64,000 bases of DNA from Octopus vulgaris (taxonomy: Eukaryota). The stretch spans positions 119,846,001 through 119,910,000 of the forward strand of contig OX597817.1 of NCBI GenBank assembly GCA_951406725.2, given 5' to 3'. The notes under the pieces are model-generated. The model was given only the letters and a program-made list of their open reading frames with translations, did not search any database and was not told the DNA's origin. The position numbers were made by a program, and so were the translations under genes. Positions 14,477 through 27,525 of this stretch are shown in pieces. How positions within the stretch are numbered: position 1 is the first letter of the stretch; each line of letters starts with the position of its first letter.

Positions 14477-14635
14477 TTAAAGAAAACTGGTTATTATTTG
14501 CATTTGAATTGTAATCAACTAATGGCAAGAGATCAGTGTCATTTGGCTGTCTTTATTATTAGCATTATCCTTTTGATTAGATAAATATATGTTGTGTGAA
14601 TAAAGATCTCAGTATTAATAAAATGAGTTAATGCA

Positions 14636-14848
14636 ACAAGCTGGCAGAATTATTATTAGCAGGCCAGGTAAAATGCTTAGTGGTATTTCGCCCATGTTTA
14701 TGCTCCAGTTCAAATTCCGCTGAGGACAGCTTTACTTTACATCCTTCCAGGGTCAATGAAATGAGTACCAGTCAGCACTGAGTATCGATGTGATCAACTC
14801 ACTCTTGCCTCCAAAATTGCTGGCCTTGTGTCAAAATTTGAAACCAAT
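14636..14848 (+). mobile_element. Nin/Deu-domain tRNA SINE
   Basis: agctggcagaat head, gttcaaattccgctgagg, catccttccagggtcaatgaaatgagtaccag (Deu/Nin-like core). Confidence 0.8.
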
Positions 14849-16073
14849 ACTAATAAAGTGAGTTATTTAAACCCTTAGAAATATATCTAATAAACGCTGG
14901 ATAATTTTTCATCATTGTACAATGTTTCATAAAAGAAATACCCCCAAAAACGTAATATTTGGGGAGGTGCCCTGCATAGCCACAATGCAATCACTGAAAT
15001 GAGTAAAGGAATAAAAGAAAGAATCAAGGAAGTAAGAAAATATTCCTGTAACGAATTAAAACATCACAGCATCATAGAAGTTAAATCATTAGGAGGTTCT
15101 GAACATATAATCCATGGGTCACAAATCAATTCTTTGTCATGCACAACTGTAAAATAACCTACTATACTTATCTCAGTTTGTTTTACAGGAAAGTAGATAT
15201 TAATACTAATTTCAACAAATAGCTGTCATGAAAACAGATGTAAATTTACATTAAAATTGTTCCAAACACTAAGTATCTAATTAGATAACAATTGTGGTGA
15301 TGATGATGATCATGATGGTGTGAGTGTGTGTGTGTCTGTGTGTGTACATACACATGCATGCTTGTATAAGTATGAATGGGTAAGATACTGAGACACCAGC
15401 CTATAGCTTTGAGTTCATATCTTGTGTGCTATTAAACAGAATGCTATTCTCTGTGTAGTTTAAATCTATTCTACTTATTCTGTGACAGATTTCTTTCCTC
15501 TCTCTCTTAGTGCTAGCAACACCTAGGTGATGTTAGTAGACTTTATATTTTAATTCAAAATGTTATATATTAACTGAAACGAATATATAAGTAAGAGAAT
15601 TTCAAGTGTGATCTTTGATAAACAATTTTGAAAAGTTAATATCAGTTTAAATGTAGTGTAACTGAACATATAGTGATAACTACACAGAAATATTTTTCTA
15701 TCACTGTAATGTTTATTAGATATGATGTACCAGCAACTGGTTATATAAAGAATTTTGTCATAGGAGATATAGATCAGTCATAAATCCATATTTAACCGAG
15801 GGATAAAATTTTAGGATGTTAGTAGACAATATAGTATCACCATAATCAAGCATAAATACCAGGAAAGCAATATATTTATTTCCTTTATTAGATTTGAGCA
15901 AGAATATATTTTGTCACTTTCTCTACAAGTGAGCAGAAGGCAGATCTGGTCAAAAGCAGATGGCAACAGCTTCAGCATGCAGACCATTCTTTGTACAGAG
16001 CAGGTCATGACTGACACATAAGAGCAAGAAATGAAGACTATCTTAAATCACACAGTATGGAGTCTTGCCCTAC

Positions 16074-16253
16074 CTTGAAACAATATTTACTTTCAATTAA
16101 GAAGAGTACAGTGTTTTTGGCCCAATACTTTATAAACTCACTGAACTTAGACCTCCCTCTGATTGTTTGGCCAAAATTCAACATCTTGTGATACACAATA
16201 TCAGGCACACCATAACAATTTCTAATATGAAGCCTTGTTTTTGAAATCATCAG
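16074..16253 (-). pseudogene. Exon-like segment: COR-B region, fully open 60 codons
   Basis: tatacag| acceptor and AAG|gtaggg donor, 180 nt, phase 0-0: LMISKTRLHIRNCYGVPDIVYHKMLNFGQTIRGRSKFSEFIKYWAKNTVLFLIESKYCFK (~COR vP..vFhRL...W). Confidence 0.55.
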
Positions 16254-18112
16254 CTGTATAATACCATTAAACGATATCTAGTCACATGGTCACTTTCAAG
16301 TTATGTACAGAATCAATTTCCATAATGAATCAGTAATCAGCCTAAACAATAATTCATTTCTCAAATACAAAAGAGAGGCAGACTAATTTGGTGGGATTCT
16401 TTTTTTTTTATTTCATTTTTTTTTTTTTTTTGGTAACCTTTTGTCAACTTACTAAGATTCTTATTTACTTCATTAGTACTCTTTTTCTGTTTGATGTAAA
16501 TAGAGGAGAATAATTTCATAACTTATATTAAAAGTTCTGAAAGCTCCCGAACAATTTTACTTGGCATAGATTCAATGACAGCTTTCAATTCATCAGAAAT
16601 GGCAGTCATCCATTTTTCATAAGGCATATCTTAAGTGACGCATCTCAAAACAAAAGCCTTCTATGACGTATATTCACTTTTTTTTTGTAGGTAGTGTGCA
16701 TTTGTCATAGGTTTATAAACATTTAATAAATGTGCATGCAGACAGAATTTCATGGTACCCTTTTTCTGATGAAATTTATTATTACAGCAGGCTATTATAT
16801 ATGTGTGCTTTATATCAAATTACTTCCCATAGAAATTAATAATATATTATCTAATGTATACTGCCAGTCAGACAACTTTATTTGAGAATTCAGCAATATA
16901 TTCAGATGAAAATCAAAAGTGAATACTACAAAAGTTCTGTATATGAAAAGAAGAATATTTCATAATACTTAATGGAATGCAGTGTAAAGACAAAAGGCTT
17001 CATCATCATATAGTGTCATGCTTATACTTTTCCAGGTAATTAAGTATGGTTAGAAATTACATATATAAACCAGGAATAAGTGAAGTGAAATGGTCCAGAC
17101 ATTTCACTTCACTGAAATGCATCAGATATTCAGCTTACCAAGAACTTAATAGTCATCAATAACTTTACACACTCACACACACCACACACATACACACACA
17201 CATCTCTACAGAGATGTACACTGTTATGTGTTGTGTGTATCACATTACAATCAGTATATTGTGTCTCCATGCAAGATGATGCTTAATTACCTTAATTAAC
17301 AGAAAAGGCTCAAATAGCAATAGAACCGGTATTGTCAATCTCCCAAGAGTTTATTGCCAGTCCATAGTGCTTATTTTATAGATATGTGTATATAAATTAA
17401 CAATGGACTATTTGTGTAAATCACACATACTACCTGTGTTTGCTTGTCCATATACATGCATCCACCTATGGGCATTTGTATGAGTATGAATGTATATGTG
17501 TTGTTTTCTGCGAACTCCTGACAAAAATAACGATATTAAAATATTCCCAATATTAAGTGACATGAATAGTACAGTGAAAAGGATGATGCTGCTTAAAATT
17601 GATGATTTATAGGTGAAAGATTAAGCCATTTTTCATAGCTCCATCTTGCCTGTATACAAAACATATGAAAAGGTGCTGACTAAGGAAAGAAAAGCATTTA
17701 TTTTGCTTTCATTGTGAGTCTATTATTGTATATTATGTACATAATATTGTAATATTGGTCTTTCTGCATAATATTACATTCATCAGAGATACTCAATATA
17801 TAAGGCAAGGGGTGCATAGCAGAGCTAATTGACTGATGATATCACTCTTTTTCCTATATAGGTTAGGAATAATATCATGAATACAAGATAATATATTGAA
17901 TACCTAACTTAATCCTAAATGTTTTCTTGTACTAGCATCAGAAGTGTATAGAAATGATATTGTTTCCTGTAGCCTTATGGTATTTACTAACACAAATAAA
18001 GCAGTTGTCAAGAGTAAGTTGTTGGTCTACTAACCTAAAATGTTCCAACATAGACAATAAAGTACTATGTGTTCTTTTTTAAAAAAAAATAAAATAAAGA
18101 CAAATAATTTAC

Positions 18113-18249
18113 TTGCCAATTTGACCAAGCAGAAAAATATCTATCATCCCTGGTTCATGGTTGAGTTGATGGCTTTAAGAAATAATCAATATTCAAAACA
18201 ACTGCTTCAACAATTCATGAAACTGTCTGAATTAGCACAACCATTCCAT
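18113..18249 (-). pseudogene. Pseudo-exon: COR-A C-terminal segment
   Basis: ccag| acceptor and CAA|gtaaat donor. Frameshifted (R)WNGCANSD/FHELLKQLF/DDRYFSAWSNWQ; end phases match both neighbouring exons. Confidence 0.45.
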
Positions 18250-18299
18250 CTGGTATGGAAATTACATATAAAAAGATCTATTAAAATAACAACAAAAAC

Positions 18300-18472
18300 A
18301 ACAAAAGAAAGAAGAGGAGGAGGACATGGGAAGAAAAGGTAAAGAGAAGAAAGAGAAGAAAAGGAGGGGAAGTAGTGGGAAGAGAATGAAGAAAGGAGAA
18401 TAAAGAGGAAAATGGAGGAGGGAAAGTAGAAAAGAAGGAAGAAAGAGAAAAAACAAAAAAAAAACAGAAAGA
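18300..18472. repeat. Purine-rich (GA/GAA) low-complexity tract
   Basis: Almost purely A/G on the + strand. Confidence 0.9.
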
Positions 18473-19233
18473 AGGCAGCAGTCCAGAAATGAAAATGCTG
18501 GATTTCTATTCTGTTTTGCTTAGCAAAAGTAGTAAAACATTAAACAGTATTTAGTTTGATGTTTAGCATTTTTATGTTTCAAATCTTGCTAGGTTTAATT
18601 TCATATTTCAACTCCTCATGGATAAAAAGAACCAGCAATATAAAACAATTACCTCCTTCAGTTTCACAAAGATGTGTACATTTTGCTTTTACAAAAGAAA
18701 TCATTTGGATTCTATAGCACCAGAATATTATAATCAATATGTAAAGCATTTAGTAGAAAAATAGACTGAGATTTTACAGGTGTAGCTTTTTTTTTATTTA
18801 ATGATTAAGTGGGAAATTAATTTCTAGTGTTTGGCGCCATATCTCAACAATCTAGAAAAATGAGAAATCAAAACAAGATATTGATATAATCAAAATCCTT
18901 CTTGTTATTGCTTCTTTGACTATGTTTATATCAAATATTGCTTGAATTGACATTGTTAAACTGAAATATAGTATCAATAGAAATGTGATAATTAGACATA
19001 ATAAAACTGATGCGACAATAGATTATATAAAAAATATGTTTATAAACTATATTTTTGTTGTAAGTTCTGTACTTCATTTTGAAAATTGAAAATGAATTTT
19101 ATAATACTATAGGTCTTTTCATAAATAATCTCCCTTGCTTATATCTAAATGAAAAGTACTATTAATATAATACTTCTAATTCTAAATAAAGGCTACATTT
19201 CAAAAAGCATATTTTGTATTTGTCAATAAGCTA

Positions 19234-19450
19234 TACTCTTTTACTCTTTTACTTGTTTCAGCCATTCGACTGCCGCCATGCTGGAGCACCGCCTTTAATC
19301 GAGCAAATTGACCCCGGGACTTATTCTTTGTAAGCCCAGTACTTATTCTATAGGTCTCTTTTGCTGAACCGCTAAGTGACGGGGACGTAAACACACCAGC
19401 ATCAGTTGTCAAGCAATGCTAGAGGGACAAACACAGACACACAAACATAT

Positions 19451-19486
<36 letters not shown>

Positions 19487-19638
19487 ATATTTACGACAGG
19501 CTTCTTCCACTCACAAGGCATTGGTCAGCCCGAGGCTATAGCAGAAGACACTTGCCCAAGATGTCACGCAGTGGGACTGAACCCGGAACCATGTGGTTGG
19601 TAAGCAAGCTATTTACCACACAGCCACTCCTGCACCTA
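19234..19638 (-). mobile_element. CORE-like SINE family A
   Basis: Same consensus as 12476-12822, with a short internal deletion after caggcttct. Confidence 0.9.
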
Positions 19639-19774
19639 TGATAAAGTATATTTATTTATATGGAAGTAAAAATTTAAACTCCACTTCTTAATCAAAGCTA
19701 AAGTGTTCTAAGACTTGTTTGCTAGCAAATTGAAGTCACTTTAGTAATCATGCTAAAAACAAAACAATATGATG

Positions 19775-19936
19775 ATTTGACCCCAGTATTCAACTGGTAC
19801 TTATTTCATTAAGCCCAAAAGGATGAAAGGCTAAGTCAACCTGAGTTCAAATCAGAATTTGAACTCAGAACATAAAGTCAGGCTGCTGCAAAGCATCTTG
19901 CCTGGCATGCTAACAATTCTGCCAAGTTGCCACCTT
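19775..19936 (-). mobile_element. Nin/Deu-domain SINE, decayed
   Basis: accccagtattcaactggtacttatttc...ggatgaaagg...gaatttgaactcagaac. Confidence 0.75.
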
Positions 19937-21206
19937 ATTCTTTTCTGAAATATTCTTTCAATTGTTCTTGATAAGTATTATTTATACCACAAGGGAATCT
20001 CTATATGACTGCTTGACCTGCTCAAAAGAGCTGCCTTCAAAACACAGCCTGCTTTCTTGATACAGCAAGGACATATTAGATAATATGTATGAAGAAAAAT
20101 AAAAATGAAATAATAATCTTAGCTTGAATGCCTTTGGTCATAGGTTTGCTTGATCAAAGCTGAGAGGCTTTGCAATGCATGTTACACAGAAACAAATATT
20201 CTAAAGCACAATCTAAGTAAAAGATAAACAAGAAAGTAATAATGTTGTTGTTAGAAGCTCATTAAATAGTCAGAAAATAATTATTTTGCTTATGTTGCTT
20301 GAAAATTGTAATTAATTTCTTTAAGGAAAGAAAGAAGTTTTCATAGCACAATAAAATTTTGATGTTGACTATATCAGAGATCAGCAACTTCTGGTAGTTG
20401 ACTTCTTTTGGCTTCATTTACATTTACTTATTACTCACGGGTATATTAAATCATATCTTACATTTAAAAATATACTTGCATATACCCATCACCATTTCCA
20501 TCATTGGTAATGGTTATGTAAGGAAAAATTAAACCAGTTGTAATGCAAAAGACCATCTCAAAGCCACCAACAGCTCAAAGGCTCACGATTACATTAATGT
20601 ATTTTAATATTTAGAAAAAGTTGAAGGCCCACAGAGAACCACCTCAGTGACCTACTTGGGGGCTGAGGCTTTACCTGCTGCTGATCTCTATACTATATCA
20701 TTACCCTTGTAAGTTTTGCTGGCAGGTCTGTAATATGCTAAATCATTCTTTATTAGCACAGAAATATCTATATAATGAGCCAAAGATACAAATATTTTTT
20801 GCCTTTCATGAATCTCAGTTCAAAATTTCCATCAACTTTTACAGCAACTATAAGAGATCTACCTAAAGTGCTAAGCTTACATGGTAAATCAGCTCTGACA
20901 ACGAGTGAAGATAAATCAGAATTGATAGAATAGAGCCAACATTGGCAGTCTTAAAATACAAAAATATATATTAATAGATATATTTTTTTTAACTTCCTTT
21001 CTGAATTGATAAGAAAATAATATCAATACACATGTGCTCACACAAATTCAAAATGTGTTTACAAGTTTACAAATCAAAAACCTTTCACATTTATATAAAT
21101 GTATACACATACACACATTGGATATGTGTATACAGTGAATACTAGCAAACTATGTTATGCATTTAGAGTGATAATATAACACTAAATTTAATATTACAAA
21201 GTAACT

Positions 21207-21244
21207 ATCTGCTCTCTGCCTTTTGACCAAGATCAAGATGTAGT
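21207..21244 (+). pseudogene. 3'-truncated U2 snRNA fragment
   Basis: atctgctctctgccttttgaccaagatcaagatgtagt aligns to the U2 5' end ATCGCTTCTCGGCCTTTTGGCTAAGATCAAGTGTAGT. Confidence 0.7.
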
Positions 21245-21754
21245 CTAAAACCTACCAAAATATATCTAAAAACTTACAAAATATATATCTTATGAATATA
21301 TGCATTATAAAAATACTAACTCTTGTTCAGATTTGTGTGTTGTATGAATCTGTAAAGCCAGATAAAGAATTTATACAACTGTTGACTCTAGATGAATGTG
21401 AGGTGATTTGAACCATGAAATTTGAACTCAAGTCAGTGATATAACTACACAATCATGGACACTTAGGCCAGTGTTTTAGCATGTCTAGCACTTGAACACA
21501 ATAATAATTGATTTCTAACTTTAGCACAAGGCTAGGAATTTTGTTAGAGGTGTATAATCAATTAATCAGCTCCTGTACTTGACTGTTACTTATAAGGCCT
21601 AAAAGGAAGGAAGGTGAAGCAGACTTACGTAAGACTTTAAGTTAGGATATATTGACATATTACTAAATACTACAAGGAATTTAAGCTAATGTTCTGCCAT
21701 TTAAATGATGATGATGATGACACATTTTACGGGAGGATATAGTTGAAATAACAG

Positions 21755-21968
21755 TTTCAGATTTTAGCACAAGACCAGCAAGTGCAGGAGGTGGGGGTAA
21801 GTTGATTGTATCAACCCCAGTGCTAAACTGGTACTTATTTTATCAGCCATAAAAGGCTGAAAGGCAAAGTCGACCTCAGTGGAATTTGAACTCAGAACCT
21901 TAAGATGAATGAAATGCTGCTTAGCATTTTGCCCAGCGTGCTAATGCTAACAATTTTGCCAGCCCACC
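21755..21968 (-). mobile_element. Nin/Deu-domain SINE
   Basis: aaggcaaagtcgacctcagtggaatttgaactcagaac. Confidence 0.85.
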
Positions 21969-22267
21969 TCCTGTGCTTAACAGGTACTTATGTTCTTGAC
22001 CAAAGAAAGATGATTTGAACTCAGAACATAAGATAACTAACTCTGAAAAAAAGATAATTACAAAACTATTTAGAATGAACAAGTGGTCAAGCTTATTTGC
22101 TTATACATACATGCTCGTAGATATGTGAATGTATATATACATATGTGTATATGTCAACCAAGGACTAATAGCAACAGCAAGAATAATAGCAAGATTGAAA
22201 TCTGATTGACAGTACTGAATTACATACTAGAAGGCATTTAATGGGGATCACTAATAATTCTAAATGC

Positions 22268-22672
22268 TTTACTCTTTTACTTGTTTCAGTCATTTGACTG
22301 CGGCCATGCTGGAGCACTGCCTTTAATCGAGCAACTCAACCCCGGGACTTATTCTTTTGTAAGCCCAGTACTTATTCTGTCAGTCTCTTTTTGCCGAACC
22401 GCTAAGTAATGGGGACATAAACACACCAGCATCGGTTGTCGAACAATGCTAGGGGGACACACACAGACACACAAACACACACACGCATATATATATATAC
22501 ATATATACGACAGGCTTCTTTCAGTTTCCGTCTACCAAATCCACTCACAAGGCTTTGGTCGGCCCAAGGCTATAGTAGAAGACACTTGCCCAAGGTGCCA
22601 CGCAGTGGGACTGAACCCGGAACCATGTGGTTGGTAAACAAGCTACTTACCACACAGCCACTCCTGCGCCTA
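22268..22672 (-). mobile_element. CORE-like SINE family A (full length)
   Basis: Head ataggcgcaggagtggctgtgtggtaag (minus strand) through to the gagtaaa tail. Confidence 0.9.
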
Positions 22673-22694
22673 TTACCTTAATAATTATAATAAT

Positions 22695-23160
22695 AATCTT
22701 TTTTACTATAGTAACAAGGCCTGAAATTTTAGGGGAAGGAACTACCCGATTACATCGACCCCAGTGTTTAACTGGTACTTAATTTATCAACCCTGAAAGG
22801 ATGAAAGGTAAAGTTGAGCTTGGAGGAATTTAAACTCAGAAGGTAGCAACAGATGAAATACCTATTTCTTTACTACCCACAAGGGGCTAAACACAGAGAA
22901 AACAAACAAGGACAGACAAACGGATTAAGTTGATTACATTGACTCCAGTGTGTAACTGGTACTTAATTTATCGACCCCGAAAGGATGAAAGGCAAAGTCG
23001 ACCTCAGCGTAATTTGAACTCAGAACGTAATGGCAGACAAAATACCACTAAGCATTTCGCCCGACGTGCTAACGTTTCTACCAGCTTGCCACCTTAAACA
23101 GACGAAATACCACTAAGCATTTCACCTGGCGTGCTAACAATTCTACCAGCTTGCCGCCCT
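22695..23160 (-). mobile_element. Nin/Deu SINE containing a nested younger Nin/Deu SINE (~22863-23096)
   Basis: The inner copy is flanked by the direct repeat aacagatgaaatacc / aacagacgaaatacc. Confidence 0.85.
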
Positions 23161-23915
23161 AATAATAATAATAATGAGAATAATAATCAGTAGTACCTCT
23201 TTATCAAACTGTGATATAGAAAAAAACTTTGCTTTTAACGTAAAGTAAAAATTGATACAAATAATTAATTATTATTATGCTGAAAGGTATCATGTCAACA
23301 AAACAATCTATTTCAGTATAATGCATATTTAATTGAATTAAAATTTTGGAAACTATTTTGAAATACAGCAGAAGGTAAAACATGATTTAGAGGATTAGAA
23401 ATAAATTCAATTTGTACAAAAAATATCATGTAATTTAGAGTAGAGAAATATCAATTCAAAAATTTTGTTTCTTTGGATTATTCACAGATTTCTTTGTGTT
23501 TTTCATGGATAAAGTTTTCAATAAATTGATGTGATTTTTCACTAAATTACATAAGTAGTGATTGCTTTAGCTGGTGAAAGTTTGACAGGAACTCATATAT
23601 AATTGAAGAAAACTGTTTAATTGAGATTAATTAAATATACCAGTTAGGTGAAATAAATCACTGTATCTTCTAATCACCATTTATAATTTGTATGAATGTT
23701 TACATGTGCTGTACATTTGTATGTTATATATACATATAATGCTTCATACCAGCATGTACACACACACACATCCAAACATACACTGAAAGCACACACCGAG
23801 AACTAATTGGATAAACAAGGCTCCAAATAGAAACAGAGAAACTAAAACACTAAAACTCATATACACATCTTTTGCAAAGCTACAAGTGATGTGGATATCA
23901 GCTAATGTTGTATAC

Positions 23916-24016
23916 CTGGTTATCATACATTCTTTGATACCGGTATCAACAACTGTATTGTGGTCATCCTGGTGCAATGGCTTGAAGTTTATATTTAATT
24001 TAGTGAAACAGGATCT
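23916..24016 (-). pseudogene. Pseudo-exon: COR-A middle segment
   Basis: attcag| acceptor and CAG|gtatac donor. DPVSL[shift]KLNINFKPLHQDDHNTVVDTGIKECMIT(R) resembles dP.wL...l..tGil.e..l..W. Confidence 0.5.
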
Positions 24017-24616
24017 CTGAATATTTCTATTTTGATCATTTTATATATATATATGTATTGAGAGAGAGGAGAGAGATTCCACTTGAAGGAATGGCAACAG
24101 GGAAAATGCAAGTTACTGAGTTGCTTAAATAGACAATAGAATGTGCATGTATGTGTGTGTGTGTGTGCATGCGAGAGAGGGGTAGAGAGACTGTACCTCT
24201 GTGTGCTTCAAGAAATCAGTCTTTCCATTAAACCTCTTTGTATAAGAATTCAAACTACATATTATCAGTAGCATATTCATAGTAAGTAGTAGACACTTTT
24301 TCAGATAACTGTTTTACTATATCAATACTATTAATTCAAATTTACCTGCACAGGTATTCCTACTATATATAAAAATGTTTCAAGTCAAAATTAAGCATAG
24401 ATATATCATAAACAACACAAGAGTTCATATTTTACTCCCCGTTATAAGAAAGCAATGGGTATAGAGTTTTTTTGTTGCTATTTAATAGAAATATGTGTCA
24501 AAAGTTAGCTTCCAAGAAAAAAAAAATCTAACAGCTTGTATGTAATTTATTTATAAAGGAAAGCAAAAGTTGATGTATAGTGAAGATATTTATTCCAAAG
24601 AGAATAGTGTACTTAC

Positions 24617-24730
24617 GTTGTAACTAGAGATACATTTTGCACTGAGCAGAAATTGTGAAAGAAAATGTAAATATAATTTTTGCTGATATATCTCATATCT
24701 TTGTTCTTATTTAGCTTTTACTTATGCTAT
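24617..24730 (-). pseudogene. Pseudo-exon: COR-A start
   Basis: Strong ttttatcttcag| acceptor and AAC|gtaagt donor. YIFFHNFCSVQNVSLVT(T) joins DP of the next exon. Confidence 0.5.
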
Positions 24731-24839
24731 CTGAAGATAAAATATGTTAGAAAATACATTATATACAGCAAATTATTAAGGTTTCAACTGATAGTAATTA
24801 GGCATACAAAAGAGAAATGATGGAGAAGGAAGGTTTGGC

Positions 24840-25111
24840 ACCCCTATAGTAGCTGTAGCTTTCAGAAATCATATGATCTTTACAAAAAATTCTGTATACA
24901 TCTTTTCAGTCGATTTACATTTTAACAAGGTGATTGTTCAAGAAATGTTGACTATAAAAATCCATAATTTGAAGCCAAATATTTTGGCTGTTACTTAAAG
25001 AAATGGTTTGGCAATTTTCTTATGATAATGTTCCTGCCAAAATTCTCGATGATAAAGAAAGAAAATTAAAGCAAAAGTGCAAGCTTATATTCTACTAAAA
25101 TGCTCTCAGAT
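24840..25111 (-). pseudogene. Pseudo-exon: Roc C-terminal (G5) region, weak
   Basis: cctctcctcag| acceptor; fragments WIFIVNIS and NVNRLKRCIQNF; donor not identified. Confidence 0.3.
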
Positions 25112-25529
25112 CTGAGGAGAGGTAGTATTTGAGGTGATAAATTAATATTATCAAAAACTAATGTTTGCTAAAACATGAGAATTAAACAAAAACAGATATT
25201 TTTTTTCATTTCTTTATGTCACTTTATGTCAGTCTAATATTTAGTTGAAAATTAATTTTAGTATCTAATAAATATTTTGGAGATATTTTTAGAAAATTTT
25301 CTAATAATTTTATACTTTTGAACTAGTATAGCTAAAAGAAATTCCATGAATTTTCACCATAAAAATGTGAGTAAATGATGATGGTGACGATGATATAAAA
25401 TATTAATATACTTACACATCCACACAGATATGCAAACAAATGTACATACATACAAATGTCCAATGATATATGACTATATATGTGTGTGTTTACCTATAAA
25501 TATATATATTTTGCAATGACTAGACAAGC

Positions 25530-26598
25530 AGGCTGGCCATTTCCCACAGAGTGAGTTGCTAATTATCTGTCCTTGGTTGTCTCCTCCATGAGATGCAGCA
25601 ACTTCAAATCTGTCTTCACTGTTTTGTCTCAAGTTTTCCTCACTCTTCAACACATTCCATTACACTCTGTCGAACACACATACTGACATTACACTTCCAG
25701 CAGAGCATACTAGCTTCATTCCTTGCAATCTTACGCATGTCCTCTACAGTTATGGCCCATGTTTCACTGCCATGTAGCATGGCTGTTTGCACACATGCGT
25801 CATACAGTCTACCTTTTACTCTGAGCGAGAGGCCCTTTGTTACCAGCAAAGGTGGGAGCTCTCTGAACTTTGCCCAGGCTATTCTTATTCTTGCAGCTAT
25901 ACTCTCAGAGCATCCACCCCCCAAGTCACCTAAGTAATAGAAGCTACCAACTACTTCTGGTTTTTCCCCCTGGAATGTTACAGAAGCTGTTTTCTGCATA
26001 TTTTCAGTGTTTATTACCCTTGAGCATTTGCCACACACAAAAATGATCTTCCCAGTTAGCCTTCCTTTGATATAACTGCACCTCTTATGTGTCCATAGCT
26101 TACACTGGGTACGTCTTATAGAGTTTCTACCTATGCCTTTTCTACAGATCGAGCAGAAGGGATTTGTGGTTTGTCTGCCTTCCAGCTTATTAAGACTTTG
26201 GTTTATGCTAGATTGACTCAAAGGCCCTTCGATTCTAGACCTTGCTTCCACACCTGAAACTTCTCCTCTAGTTCTAATAGTGACTCAGCTATTATAGCAA
26301 GATCGTCAGCATAGAGGAGCTCCCAGAGGTATCATGTCTTGAATTCCTCTGTTATTGCCTGGAGGACTATGATGAATAAGAGGGGGGCTAAGGACTGATC
26401 TTTGGTGGACCCTACCCTTACCAGGAATTCTTCACTGTACTCATTGCAAACCCTCACCTTGCTGACAGCATCCCTGTACATGGCTTGCACAGCTCTCACT
26501 AACCACTCATCTATCCCTAGTTTCTGCATTGACCACAAGATAAGGGATCAGTGAACCCTGTCAAAGGCTTGCTCCATGACAACAAACGCCAGGTACAG
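25530..26598 (-). mobile_element. RTE-clade LINE ORF2 fragment (RT plus C-terminus with PHD-like Cys/His insert), frameshifted
   Basis: LGIDEWLVRAVQAMY, PLLFIIVLQAIT, WELLYADDL (~26300), ARIRIAWAKFREL, MLHGSETWA. Confidence 0.92.
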
Positions 26599-26651
26599 AG
26601 ATATATATTTATATGTGTGTGTGTATGTATATATAAATATATATATATTTA

Positions 26652-27459
26652 CTAGCAGTATTGCCTGGCTCGTGCGCTCGTGCGTTCCATGCACGTGCGA
26701 ATTAAGCTAAACTTGATGAAGTTCAATCAAAATTCAATTATTTTGGTTTTAAAATCAAGCATTTAATGCCCTCTATTTTTGCGCTTATGTGTTCCATTTC
26801 CTCAATAGGAAGTACACAGAAGCATTTCATAAATTTCTGTTGATCAAATAATTGCATTGTTGAATTATTCTTTTAGATCAGTATTTCTCAACGGGGATTT
26901 CAGGGCAGAGTTTTAGGGAGTCACTGGCAATGTATTGTGATGATCAAAAATCCAGCCTGCTAAAACTTGGTTAAAGTGATTCAAACTGCAGACTCGACAC
27001 AAAATGGTCACATTTAATTCAAAGCATTAAGAATGTTATGAAAAAAATTGGTATGTGTTCACAAAGTCTAAACGATTAATACGAAAAAACCCTCCAGGCT
27101 ACATCCCGAAAATTCATTTCTTTGCCGAATTTCTACAATGTTTACGGCGATTCGTTTTTATATCTTGATTTTTTATTTTTCATGCAATTTATGCATGCTT
27201 GCATGCGTGGTGAACACAGTTCACGTCAAACAGCTGACTGAGTAAAGTTCACTATTCAATGCATGGGATAAGGTCTAAACAAACACATCGATTTTTGTGC
27301 TAGCAAGATGAATTTCGGAACAGAAATAGCGCAGTTCAATTTTCATTTGCCTAAACTTTAAGTGACACATTTTTGGTGGTTCTACGATTTGTTGGCTAGG
27401 AGGAGATGTGCCGGGAAGTTAAACAGACAGACACACAAGTTGAGTTTTATATATATAGA
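26652..27459 (-). mobile_element. Non-autonomous Helitron, second family
   Basis: Minus strand starts A|TCtatatatataaaactc and ends gccaggcaatactgCTAG|T; same termini as 12917-13422 but a different interior. Confidence 0.85.
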
Positions 27460-27525
27460 TATGTGGGTGTGTGTGTATACATATATATATAAATATATAA
27501 ATAAGATTGAGTCAGCAGGGTGATA

